Origin: Candidatus Latescibacterota bacterium
GTDB lineage: Bacteria; Latescibacterota; UBA2968; GCA-2709665
Length of the DNA stretch: 64,000 nucleotides
Direction: 5' to 3'
Assembly: GCA_965237675.1 (NCBI GenBank)
Contig: OZ250150.1
Span: forward strand, 4,736,001-4,800,000
The notes below the pieces were generated by a model. It saw nothing but the letters and a program-made list of their open reading frames with translations. It ran no database searches and was not told where the DNA came from. A program made the translations under genes and the position numbers. Positions 10,576-19,079 of the stretch are shown here, in pieces; within the stretch, counting starts at the first letter, position 1; every line of letters starts with the position of its first letter.

Positions 10576-10603
10576 GGCGGTCCCAGTGCGGGGCCGCCTT
10601 TTT
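10576..10603 (+). terminator. Rho-independent terminator
   Basis: GGCGGTCCC-loop-GGGCCGCC hairpin followed by TTTTT, after the ankyrin gene. Confidence 0.7.
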
Positions 10604-10618
10604 ACTGTCGCAAATTGC

Positions 10619-10701
10619 AGCTAACGTCTCCGCCGTGCCCGAACCACGAAAGCGGTTGCGCGAAGGGCGTAAGCCCGAAGCCGGGCACGGACGTGTTAGG
10701 C
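10619..10701 (-). repeat. attC-like cassette recombination site
   Basis: AGCTAAC...GTTAGGC; perfect 9-bp inner IR CCGTGCCCG/CGGGCACGG. Confidence 0.85.
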
Positions 10702-10790
10702 GGCGTTGCTGTTTTATATCTCAGCCCAGGAATACCCAATCTTGCCGGCTGAGAGGTACTATTCCCCAAGCTGCGAGAAGTTCGCGTCCC

Positions 10791-11603
10791 TCATGTTCGA
10801 TACTCCAAAAGCAGCTTCTCACACGATGCATCCTTCTCTGCGTTACGTTGTTTACGCGCAACGCCCCAGAAGTGCTTTACCATCTTGGAGGAAAGAATAA
10901 AGTGCAGCCCATGCGTCTTCATGACTTGGGTCGCCAGTCCCATCGTGTCGTACACTTCTCCTCCTCCGCTTTCCTCAAAGTCGACACAAGAGAACCCAAT
11001 CTCACGAGCCGTCAGCAAGAAAGCTTCTGTGTTCATGATTAGACAGCACGATGGGTGCATACGGTCACCCAGGACGGCGGGCATGGGAAGGTGCTCAAGA
11101 GCTTTCCCTGGCTGGACGTCTTCAATATCGTCCTCCATCATGATATTGATGAACTTTTCCGCCCCACCCTCGTCAAGGGAGCCCCACGGCACCTCAGTTT
11201 CCCCGTCTTCTGTGAATCTGGCCTGAATAGCCCAGACATCATCTCCCGCCTCAGCTAACTCGCTTGCCATCGTTGTCACAGTCTCATCCTGGACAAAAAC
11301 AATATCGGCGTCCAAAAAGAGAAAATAATCACAGTCCTGATGCGCAAGAACAAAGTCACGGAGATTCTCACCGTGATTGTTGCCAGGCGTGTTGCGGTCC
11401 CACTTTGTTTGCACGATTGGGATCACCTTGTCCTCAGCGAGAGACGTCCAATGCTGCATCTCATCGGTTGAATTGTTGTCCAGAATCGTCAGGCGGATCC
11501 CATCAAGAGCACTGTGTGTCGCGTACAGCGATCTCAGCAAAAGCTCAACAAAACAAGATGTGTCTTGGTTGATCGTGACTGCCTCGATGTGGTGTGTAGG
11601 CAT
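10791..11603 (-). CDS. Glycosyltransferase family 2-like protein
   Basis: ILDNNSTD and YFLFLDADIVF (DxD). Start moved to ATG 11603 (GGAG RBS) because the longer ORF runs through the attC-like site. Confidence 0.75.
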   Translation of the reverse strand: MPTHHIEAVTINQDTSCFVELLLRSLYATHSALDGIRLTILDNNSTDEMQHWTSLAEDKVIPIVQTKWDRNTPGNNHGENLRDFVLAHQDCDYFLFLDADIVFVQDETVTTMASELAEAGDDVWAIQARFTEDGETEVPWGSLDEGGAEKFINIMMEDDIEDVQPGKALEHLPMPAVLGDRMHPSCCLIMNTEAFLLTAREIGFSCVDFEESGGGEVYDTMGLATQVMKTHGLHFILSSKMVKHFWGVARKQRNAEKDASCEKLLLEYRT

Positions 11604-11633
11604 CTGATGTCTCCGGAGACGGGTTGCAATGCC

Positions 11634-11723
11634 GCCTAACGTTTCCGCTGTGTGCGAACCTGCCGCAGGCAGGTTGGGTCGGAGGGAGCGTAGCGACCGC
11701 AGCCGCACACGGACGTGTTAGCC
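11634..11723 (-). repeat. attC-like cassette recombination site
   Basis: GCCTAAC...GTTAGCC; inner IR GTGTGCG/CGCACAC. Confidence 0.85.
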
Positions 11724-11882
11724 GGTTGTGCCGTTTTAGGGTATCGGTAAAGCCATAACGGGGCCGACATAACCTTCTTTTGTCTTTCTTGATTTTGACC
11801 TCCAAAAACTTCCAAGATAAAATAAATCGGCGGTATTAAGTCAAACCGCCGAGGTGGAGAGTTGCTTTTTCTTCTCAATGAG

Positions 11883-12152
11883 CTACAGAAAAAAGAAACT
11901 TCCCACACAGGCCGTAACTTTGACAATACTGTAGAGAAATTCAGGTGCGAAGTCGGCTTCATTCTTCCACATTATCGTATGTAGGTCAGGGTGAACTCGG
12001 AATTTCTTGAATTCCTCTTTATCCTTCAACGACTCAAAAACGGGACCCCATAGTTCATCTTTCAACTCTACCTCTCCCTCCACACCATCACTGAATTTGA
12101 GCCAGATCACATAGTCGCCTACATAGTGAGCTTCAATAACACGGGGTATCAT
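11883..12152 (-). CDS. DUF2442 family protein (putative antitoxin), copy 1
   Basis: VIEAHYVGDYVIWLKFSDG...GPVFESLKD...TIMWKNEADFAPEFLY; stop codon changed to TGT relative to copy 2. Confidence 0.85.
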   Translation of the reverse strand: MIPRVIEAHYVGDYVIWLKFSDGVEGEVELKDELWGPVFESLKDKEEFKKFRVHPDLHTIMWKNEADFAPEFLYSIVKVTACVGSFFFL

Positions 12153-12156
12153 CTTC

Positions 12157-12414
12157 TCACTCCAAGGGTGCAATTTTATTCAACGGACGACGCTGGTCTG
12201 CGCGTTCCCAATTCTCCATCAGTTCTCTTTGGTGCAGATCATACCATTCCAGAACATGCCTCAGAGCCCGTCTAGGAAATTGGCCTGTCACAACGCCTGT
12301 CTCAATATCGACCGTGATGTCATATTCACCGTATGTGGCGTGAAAATGGGGTGGTCCGTGCTCACGATAAAACATACCAATCACGATCCCAAGAAAACGA
12401 CTAATCTCCGGCAT
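12157..12414 (-). CDS. DUF4160 family protein (putative toxin), copy 1
   Basis: MPEISRFLGIVIGMFYREHGPPHFHA...WYDLHQRELMENW...KIAPLE. Confidence 0.9.
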   Translation of the reverse strand: MPEISRFLGIVIGMFYREHGPPHFHATYGEYDITVDIETGVVTGQFPRRALRHVLEWYDLHQRELMENWERADQRRPLNKIAPLE

Positions 12415-12420
12415 AATTAT

Positions 12421-12449
12421 ATTTTACAATAATTTATAGGAAAATGCAA
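12421..12449 (-). promoter_or_regulatory. Sigma70-type promoter of the DUF4160/DUF2442 cassette (probably leaderless mRNA)
   Basis: TTGCAT-17 bp-TAAAAT with ATG 6 nt downstream and no SD; identical copy at 24028-24056. Confidence 0.65.
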
Positions 12450-12536
12450 CTACTTAATGACTTGCGCTTCAGGGTAGGGCTGGGGTTGTTTTTTGCCCCC
12501 TTTTCGATAAGGAATCAGACAAAAAAACGGCATGGC

Positions 12537-12679
12537 GGCTAACGGTCAAGCACCCACGAACCTGCCAAGCTGGCGCGGCGCTTGCCCCTCGCGATTTTCT
12601 TCAAGCAAGCGCCGTGACAGCGACAGGCAGGTTGCGCGGAGGCGCGGACGCGCCGAAGCCGGGGGTGCCGTTGTTATGC
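12537..12679 (-). repeat. attC-like cassette recombination site
   Basis: GGCTAAC...GTTATGC; GCACCC/GGGTGC and AACCTGCC/GGCAGGTT stems. Confidence 0.8.
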
Positions 12680-12801
12680 GAATCTGGCGCGGTCCCTTTC
12701 TGGCGAAGCCCTCATAGGGCCAGCGTAGAGCGGGCAACGATATCAGGTTTGTTGTGGCTGTTCCCCGAATCAGAATCAGCTGCGAAATGGTTCCGAAGTC
12801 T

Positions 12802-13254
12802 CTATCCCTCTCCAGAGTAGCCCAAAATACGCCTGAGGCGTTGCAACAAGGGTAATGTGATAGGATCCTTCAGCGCCAATGAATCCCAGGTGGTAGGTGT
12901 TCGCAGATCGAACCACCCAGTCTCTGCAATAGTGGTATGATCTGCGGTGTCGACTTCAGGTTCAATTCCTGGCTGAGGTTCTCCGGAAACAACTCGACAC
13001 CTATACGTTTTCTGCCACTCATATATCGTGTCATAAACAGGCGCCTGCTCGTCAAGGATCATCGAATCTACTTCGACACAAAGGTGCGTCTCTTCGAGCA
13101 CTTCACGCCGAATACACTCTTCCTCCGTTTCGTTCGGCTCTCGGGCTCCACCCGGGATCACCCAGAAGGTTTCTCCGGTGCCTCGATCGTTGACTTTCAG
13201 CAAAAGTAGACGATCGTCTGCAACTATTGCCGCCTGATAGCGAATGGCAGGCAT
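12802..13254 (-). CDS. NUDIX hydrolase
   Basis: Nudix box PGGAREPNETEEECIRREVLEETHL. Confidence 0.9.
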   Translation of the reverse strand: MPAIRYQAAIVADDRLLLLKVNDRGTGETFWVIPGGAREPNETEEECIRREVLEETHLCVEVDSMILDEQAPVYDTIYEWQKTYRCRVVSGEPQPGIEPEVDTADHTTIAETGWFDLRTPTTWDSLALKDPITLPLLQRLRRILGYSGEG

Positions 13255-13390
13255 CCTTGGTCCTCTCCTGGAGACAGAGTAAAGTGCATAAGAGGTTTCA
13301 CGTGACTTTCAGCGCAAGGGTGGTCTGGGTTTGATCTTGCCCGCCTTGACAAGGGGTGGGTGGATGCGGTTCCTGCTCTGCGCCAGTTTC

Positions 13391-13466
13391 GCATAACGTG
13401 CTTGATGTGCGAAGCCGCCGCAGGCGGTTTGGGCGAACGTAGTGAGCCGCACATCTTTTGTTAACG
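13391..13466 (-). repeat. attC-like cassette recombination site
   Basis: GCATAAC...GTTAACG; perfect 8-bp IR GATGTGCG/CGCACATC. Confidence 0.85.
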
Positions 13467-13567
13467 GGCGTGCGGCACGGTGGTTGGGTGGGGTTGCAGG
13501 ATGCAAGCTTGGGATGTCTTTGTCTTCAGAAAATCTACTCGATTCTCAGAACTACACACGTCATGTC

Positions 13568-13815
13568 ATCCGCCTGTGGCGGCAAGATGAAGATCATTGC
13601 CGCACTGGCCGAGCCCCTGGCCATTCGCACCTACCTCGACGGGGTCGGCCTGGCCTCACGCGCGCCGCCCATCGCGCCTCCACGCCCCCCCCTCCCTCAG
13701 ACCGAATTCGATGACGCCTCCTGACCCCGCCACCCCGAGCCTCAACACCTTGAACGGGTCCAGGGACGCTGTGTCTCCACCGGTCGTGAAGGGCAGCTCG
13801 ATCACACGAGCAAAG
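13568..13815 (+). mobile_element. Remnant of an IS91/ISCR-like transposase 3' end
   Basis: CGGKMKIIAALAEPLAIRTYLDGVGL..RAPPIAPPR resembles IS91-family transposase C-termini; boundaries approximate. Confidence 0.55.
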
Positions 13816-14086
13816 GGGCGGCCACCGACTTTTCGAACAAGACGGGCCGCGGTTTCCAAGCCAACAACGTGTTGAGTCCCGCGCCACGATATTCTTCCAC
13901 GTCGTACAACGCTCCATTTTGCGTCAGCCCGCTAATCCAAAACGGATGCGAACGAACCCAGCTTTTGCCGCGGCCGATCTTCGGTTGCTCGGCAAGGCAA
14001 CAATCCGGCGCGATCAGCGCGATTATGGCCAACGCTAGAAGAGAAATTTGGTGGGTTGATGGAACTCTCATGTTCGGGACTTCCAT
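13802..14086 (-). pseudogene. 3'-truncated secreted protein
   Basis: Signal-peptide-like LLALAIIALIAPDCCLA; abuts the 14087 gene; ends at the IS91-like remnant. Confidence 0.5.
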
Positions 14087-15646
14087 TTACTTTTTGTGAA
14101 TTCGTCCAACCGGAAGCAGTTCCACACCATCATCGATGACATACTTATCACCCTCGATTTCTGCGTCGCCGTTTTTTGTGATACGACCGACTGCGAACCT
14201 GAAGCTGAAAAGGTCCGCGTGTTTGAATTGGAACTGTAGGCGCGCGGGCTTTCCGGCGTAATCCCCGGGAGTGAGTCCGGACTGCCACGTGACCGGGTGG
14301 TCGATTTCGTCACCCCGCAGTGGCTTGCAGTCGTTCAGCGTTAGGCCCTTCAAGGGCTGGCCGTTTGCATCCTGGATTTCGACCCGGATTTCCCCGGCAG
14401 GTCGGGGCCAGGCGATGTAGTTGAGCTCCAGTTGGCTGCCGTTGAGCACAAACGGTTTTGTCACGATCGTTCCGCCGTCCGGACCGAATCGGACGGAAAC
14501 GAATCCGTCGACACGGAACGTAAAACGCCTGAGCCGCGTCCTCGGCACGAATGACTTCCTCTTCCACTCCGGGTCCTCATATCCGTACCCTTCGGTGGCG
14601 TAGACGAAGTACTCGCGCTCATTGCCACGAACCAGACCGTGGGCCATGAAGTTGGCGCGGTTGCCATCGCGTTGCTGGGGCGCACTGCCGGGAATCAATG
14701 GTTCGCGGCGTCGCAGGAACGAGTGCCCGCCGTCGCGGCTGGTCATCAGGATGGGATGGACCTGGGCGACGGCAAACCGGTCCGTGTATTCGGTGGGAAA
14801 GGCGATCAGAATGTGTGGCGCGCGTTCATACGGAAGGACGCCGTTGGTGTACATCTCCCGGTCGACCTTGTCCGAATACTTCAGCGGGACGGGTTCCGTC
14901 CAGTTCACAAAATCGTCCGACACGGCCATGTGCACATTGCGCATATAACCTTTTAGCAGATCCCGCACGAATGCGACGTAGCGGCCGCGAACCGGATCCC
15001 AGAACGCCAGGTTCTGCGAATCGAATCGCCCCTTCGTAATCACGGGCTTTTCGGTCATCAACGTCCAGTGAAGTCCGTCCGGCGACTTGAAGGGATACAT
15101 GCCGTAATCGGTGTATTTTCCCGGAATCTGGTGCGCGCCGCGAGCCCCGCGGACCAGTGCCTTGTACCGAGCGTCGGGTTTTACAGTTGGGCTGGTGTCG
15201 ATGAACGGGACCATGTCGCCGCGCCATCCTAGGCCCGTGTGGGTTCCCAGTTTGCCTTGCCATTTGTCGGTGGGAAGGTACTTTCTGCCATCCCCACCGA
15301 GGACGATGTTGTTGTCCGAGGATCCTCTGAATTTGAATAGACCAAGGTTTGGCTTCGTCCACCGGATGCCGTCGCGGCTTTCCGCGTAACACATCGGTTC
15401 GCCTCGGGCGTCTTCGCCGCTGCCGTGATGATAGCCGCGGCAGTACATGCGAAACAGATCTCCGTCCTTGAGTACCGAGACGTAGCCCAAAGAAGTGTCT
15501 TCCCAGGGCTTGTCGTTCATCAGCACGACCTCTTTGCCCAACGGCTCGTGCAGATGTTGCGCCGCGTCGCCCTCGAAGCGTTCCACAAGCCAGTCATCAA
15601 CGAACAATTCGAGCCGCAGCGGCGATGATGGATTGATGTCTGTCAT
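14087..15646 (-). CDS. GH32/GH43-like beta-propeller glycoside hydrolase-like protein
   Basis: YAESRDGIRWTKP, SPDGLHW, FDSQNLAFWD, SDDFVNW; C-terminal beta-sandwich ending DLFSFRF. Confidence 0.75.
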   Translation of the reverse strand: MTDINPSSPLRLELFVDDWLVERFEGDAAQHLHEPLGKEVVLMNDKPWEDTSLGYVSVLKDGDLFRMYCRGYHHGSGEDARGEPMCYAESRDGIRWTKPNLGLFKFRGSSDNNIVLGGDGRKYLPTDKWQGKLGTHTGLGWRGDMVPFIDTSPTVKPDARYKALVRGARGAHQIPGKYTDYGMYPFKSPDGLHWTLMTEKPVITKGRFDSQNLAFWDPVRGRYVAFVRDLLKGYMRNVHMAVSDDFVNWTEPVPLKYSDKVDREMYTNGVLPYERAPHILIAFPTEYTDRFAVAQVHPILMTSRDGGHSFLRRREPLIPGSAPQQRDGNRANFMAHGLVRGNEREYFVYATEGYGYEDPEWKRKSFVPRTRLRRFTFRVDGFVSVRFGPDGGTIVTKPFVLNGSQLELNYIAWPRPAGEIRVEIQDANGQPLKGLTLNDCKPLRGDEIDHPVTWQSGLTPGDYAGKPARLQFQFKHADLFSFRFAVGRITKNGDAEIEGDKYVIDDGVELLPVGRIHKK

Positions 15647-15742
15647 CGGTTTACACCTCAGGTGAAATGCTGGATCGACGTGTATCAGCGATTCTTTGCT
15701 TTTGGCGGCCAGGGATGGCCGCTCTGTCTTTGTGCCGCTTTC

Positions 15743-15843
15743 GGTTAACGGTTCTTGGCTTTACGACGTGGGCCAGTCCCAAAGGCCCATGTGCCCGCAG
15801 GGCCGAGGGGCGGATGCCCCGAAGCGTAAAGCCGGTGTTAGCC
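15743..15843 (-). repeat. attC-like cassette recombination site
   Basis: GGTTAAC...GTTAGCC; perfect 9-bp IR GGCTTTACG/CGTAAAGCC. Confidence 0.85.
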
Positions 15844-15922
15844 GTCGTTATTAATTCGTATCCGTTCATTGTCGGGGCCTTATGTATCAAAATGTAGCCG
15901 CTAACTCATTCAGACAGACTTC

Positions 15923-16843
15923 TCATTCACCAAAAAACGGGTACGGCTCGCCGGCTTCCACCAGCCTTTGTACCAGACTCGAGTACTTCAACACCTCCGT
16001 CAGCCGGGTGCGCCAATGCGGGGCGTAGAAGCCGACGAATTCCTGGAAGAACGCTCGCGCATCCTCACTGACGCCATCGAAGTATTGCGGCAGCAAAAAC
16101 CATGGCTGGTCACTGGCGTAGTTCAGCCCCCGCTGGCGCATCGTGAACTCTGCGGCGGCCCGTTTTTTTACCGAGATCATCAACGAGCGCCTGAGCTTGT
16201 CGGTGTGATAGCGGCCCCGATGAATGCACAACTGGGTAAACAGCACCGCGTCACCGGGTTCCTGGTGGAGACGAACGGCGCCAGGCATATCGTTCGAGCG
16301 GTTGTGGATCCCATCATCGGCGACGCAGATCGCGTGCTCTTCGGGGGAGTAGTCACGCAGGTGAGACCCCGGCACCACTTCGAGATCGTCGGTAGGGACC
16401 AATGCGATTTGCATCTGCAACCCGGCTCCGGTCTCCGGTCTCCGGGATACGTCTGCTTCTGCACCGATCTTGTCCTTGTGCCAAAATCCGTCCTGGCTTT
16501 CTCCGGTCGGATTACAGTAGAGACTGCTCAAGGCGAAGAGGAATTCTTCATCCAAGGCTGCGCTCAGCGATTCGACAACTTGGGGCGACCCCATGGCATT
16601 GAGCAGAAAGGCGAGATCGTCGGGGTGATCGCGGTGATATTCCGGGTCGTTCAGGTGCCTCATGTAATTGGCCTGGGGCCCCACCGGTGGATTGTCACAG
16701 CGAGGAGCGCGCCGCCACTGTTCCAGCACTCGCTCACAGATCTCGCGCAGCCGTTTTGTCGTCGCTGCGTCGAACAAACCGCGCACCACGGCGTAAGAGT
16801 GTTGGCGTAGCTGCCCAGGGCAGGGTTCAGTAGCAATACTCAT
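15923..16843 (-). CDS. Phytanoyl-CoA dioxygenase (PhyH) family Fe/2OG oxygenase
   Basis: WHKD (HxD), VVPGSH, PGDAVLF...IHRG. Confidence 0.85.
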   Translation of the reverse strand: MSIATEPCPGQLRQHSYAVVRGLFDAATTKRLREICERVLEQWRRAPRCDNPPVGPQANYMRHLNDPEYHRDHPDDLAFLLNAMGSPQVVESLSAALDEEFLFALSSLYCNPTGESQDGFWHKDKIGAEADVSRRPETGAGLQMQIALVPTDDLEVVPGSHLRDYSPEEHAICVADDGIHNRSNDMPGAVRLHQEPGDAVLFTQLCIHRGRYHTDKLRRSLMISVKKRAAAEFTMRQRGLNYASDQPWFLLPQYFDGVSEDARAFFQEFVGFYAPHWRTRLTEVLKYSSLVQRLVEAGEPYPFFGE

Positions 16844-16954
16844 TATATCCTCTTGTGTTGCTGTAAGAATTGCGTCGCAATTGGACTGTAAAAGTGCGGA
16901 CAGGCTGTCTCGTGCTGTCTAACTACGTATGGAAATCAATGCTCTATTAATTGC

Positions 16955-17065
16955 GGCTAACGTTCGTTCTGGCCACTTGCGAACCCGCCGAAGCGTCAGC
17001 GTAGGCGGGTTGCCGTCAGGCCGAAGGGAGCGTAAGCGACCGAAGCGCAAGTGGACCTGTTAGCA
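16955..17065 (-). repeat. attC-like cassette recombination site
   Basis: GGCTAAC...GTTAGCA; perfect 9-bp IR CCACTTGCG/CGCAAGTGG. Confidence 0.85.
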
Positions 17066-17155
17066 GCCGGTGCTTCGGTTCTTTGCCTCAAAAAGCCTTT
17101 CCATCACTTCCAAGCATCCACTCCAATTATCCCTGAATCTTTCGTGGACTTCTAG

Positions 17156-18843
17156 CCTGAATAATTCACAAAAAAGGTAGTTTCCATACCCAAGTCATTG
17201 TATTATATTATGGTTACGCAAATAACCTAATAACAATGAAACAGGAGGAAACTACCGTGGGAGTTCAAGATAAACATCACAGGTTGTCTTTCGCAAGTCT
17301 TTCTGGTAGGCAGGTAGAAGCCACGTTCGACGGGGGCGTGCTGACGACCGACGTCGGGGTGATGCTGCTTCGTGAGGTCGAGGCCAATGTCGGCATTTTG
17401 CATCGGATGGTTGCGGCGCTCACCGATCATCGACATCAAAGTTACGTACATCATTCGATGATGGACCTGATCAAACAACGTGTCTTTCAGATGGCCTGTG
17501 GGTATGAGGATGCGAATGATTGCAAGACGTTACGCGAGGACCCCGGCTTCAAGGCGGCCTGTGATCGGTTGCCGTTGTCTGGCGCGGACCTGGCCAGTCA
17601 GCCCACGATGAGTCGGTTCGAGAACCGCATCAGCAGAACCGATTTGTATCGGATCGCCAAGGCCTTTGCGGATGTGTTTGTCGCCTCGTATGAGGAACCG
17701 CCGGAAGCCATTCTGTTGGACATCGATGACACCGAAGACAAGGTGCATGGGTCTCAACAGTTGTCGTTGTTCAATGCGTATTTCAATGGCTATTGCTACC
17801 AGCCCCTGCATATCTATGAAGGCCAAACCGGCAAGTTGATCACGACGGTCTTGCGTCCTGGCAGGCGGCCTGCGGGTAAAGAGATCGTCACCATCCTCAA
17901 ACGGGTGATCGCCTACCTGCGTAAAGCCTGGCCCGACGTGGAGATCCTGTTACGTGGCGATGCGCATTTTTCGTGTCCGGAAGTGCACGTGTTGTGTGAG
18001 GAAGAAGATGTGTATTTTGTCCTCGGACAGAACGGCAACGCCAAACTCCTGCGGAAGGCACAGTCCTTGATAGACCAGGCCAAAACGCGGTATGCCGATT
18101 CCGGAGAAACCGTGCGCCTTTATCGCTGTTGGGCCTATCAGGCCGGCACCTGGGCGTGTCCACAACGCATCGTCTGCAAGGCGGAAGTGACACCGCAAGG
18201 TGTCAATATCCGATTCGTGGTCACCAACCTGAAGCGCGCCCAACCGTCATTCATCTACAAAACCGCCTATTGCACACGCGGCAGGATGGAAAACTTCATC
18301 AAAAATCACAAGACCTTTCTCCATTCCGATCGCACCTCTTGTCACACCTTCCAGGCCAATCACTTCCGTCTCTTTCTCCACAGCGCCGCCTATGTCCTGA
18401 TGCACAGCCTGGCTGCAATCGGATTGCGCGGCACGAAGTGGACCAACGCACAGTTCAATACCCTGCAAAATCGTCTCTTGAAAGTCGCCGGGCGCGTTTG
18501 TGAGTTGAAAACTAAAATCAAGTTCCATCTGCCAACGGCGTTTCCACTCAAACACCTTTATGGCAAGATCCTCTATAATCTGGCAACGGGTGTTCCATAA
18601 CCCATCGACGTGCTGACCCCGCCTTCACATTTGCATCGACCACCACCAAAGGTCATGGAGAAGTCTGTGCGCTTGACACGGGCATCGAGGTCAACCTGAC
18701 GTCACGAGGCAAAGCAGGCGCCGCCCAAACGGCTTGAACACGCCAAATCCGTCACAGCCCATGCGCTTTCGTTTCTTGTCTCACTCGGAAGCTCTTTCTG
18801 CTTCCTTAAAATGCTCTATCTGACGATTCATGAATTAATCGGG
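17156..18843 (+). mobile_element. IS1380-family insertion sequence, copy 2 (1688 bp)
   Basis: Same IRs as copy 1; CTAG duplication at 17152-17155 and 18844-18847. Confidence 0.93.
17236..18600 (+). CDS. IS1380-family DDE transposase
   Basis: 454 aa, a few substitutions relative to 571-1935. Confidence 0.95.
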   Translation: MKQEETTVGVQDKHHRLSFASLSGRQVEATFDGGVLTTDVGVMLLREVEANVGILHRMVAALTDHRHQSYVHHSMMDLIKQRVFQMACGYEDANDCKTLREDPGFKAACDRLPLSGADLASQPTMSRFENRISRTDLYRIAKAFADVFVASYEEPPEAILLDIDDTEDKVHGSQQLSLFNAYFNGYCYQPLHIYEGQTGKLITTVLRPGRRPAGKEIVTILKRVIAYLRKAWPDVEILLRGDAHFSCPEVHVLCEEEDVYFVLGQNGNAKLLRKAQSLIDQAKTRYADSGETVRLYRCWAYQAGTWACPQRIVCKAEVTPQGVNIRFVVTNLKRAQPSFIYKTAYCTRGRMENFIKNHKTFLHSDRTSCHTFQANHFRLFLHSAAYVLMHSLAAIGLRGTKWTNAQFNTLQNRLLKVAGRVCELKTKIKFHLPTAFPLKHLYGKILYNLATGVP

Positions 18844-19079
18844 CTAGGATCCAAAGACCTTCGTAGTCTTTCAGATGAGGTATCGCGTCGGAATAGGGGA
18901 CCCTCCCCCATCCAGGTGGCAGATGGAGGTCGGTCTCACCATATCATGATTCGAACTGGGAAGACATTCGACTGCCCCTCTACTCCAAGATTCGACCTCT
19001 GTGGCTCTGTGGTGAGGCCTTACGATCCCGCTTCCGGGAAGGACGTTGGGATAACAGCCTGGCAAGGTCGATGATTCAA

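Larger units (their letters stand above)
17060..18945 (-). pseudogene. 3' remnant of a sugar-phosphate isomerase/epimerase-like TIM-barrel gene, split by IS1380
   Basis: Removing the IS and one CTAG restores DLHLPPGWGRVPYSDAIPHLKDYEGLWILEVHERF...STGC*, whose TAA (17062-17060) lies inside the R'' box. Confidence 0.6.

Noticed and set aside
11604-11708. N-terminal extension of the GT2 ORF (and similarly 57457-57714 of the RT ORF)
   Set aside because: These are read-through of attC or intron RNA sequence; better starts exist downstream.
4746-17065. Recurrent palindromes as a CRISPR array or REP elements
   Set aside because: They differ in sequence, are 76-143 bp long and are separated by gene-sized units; no cas genes are present; the ends fit RYYYAAC/GTTRRRY.
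328-18843. Composite transposon bounded by the two IS1380 copies
   Set aside because: Each copy has its own target duplication (CTAA vs CTAG), indicating independent insertions.
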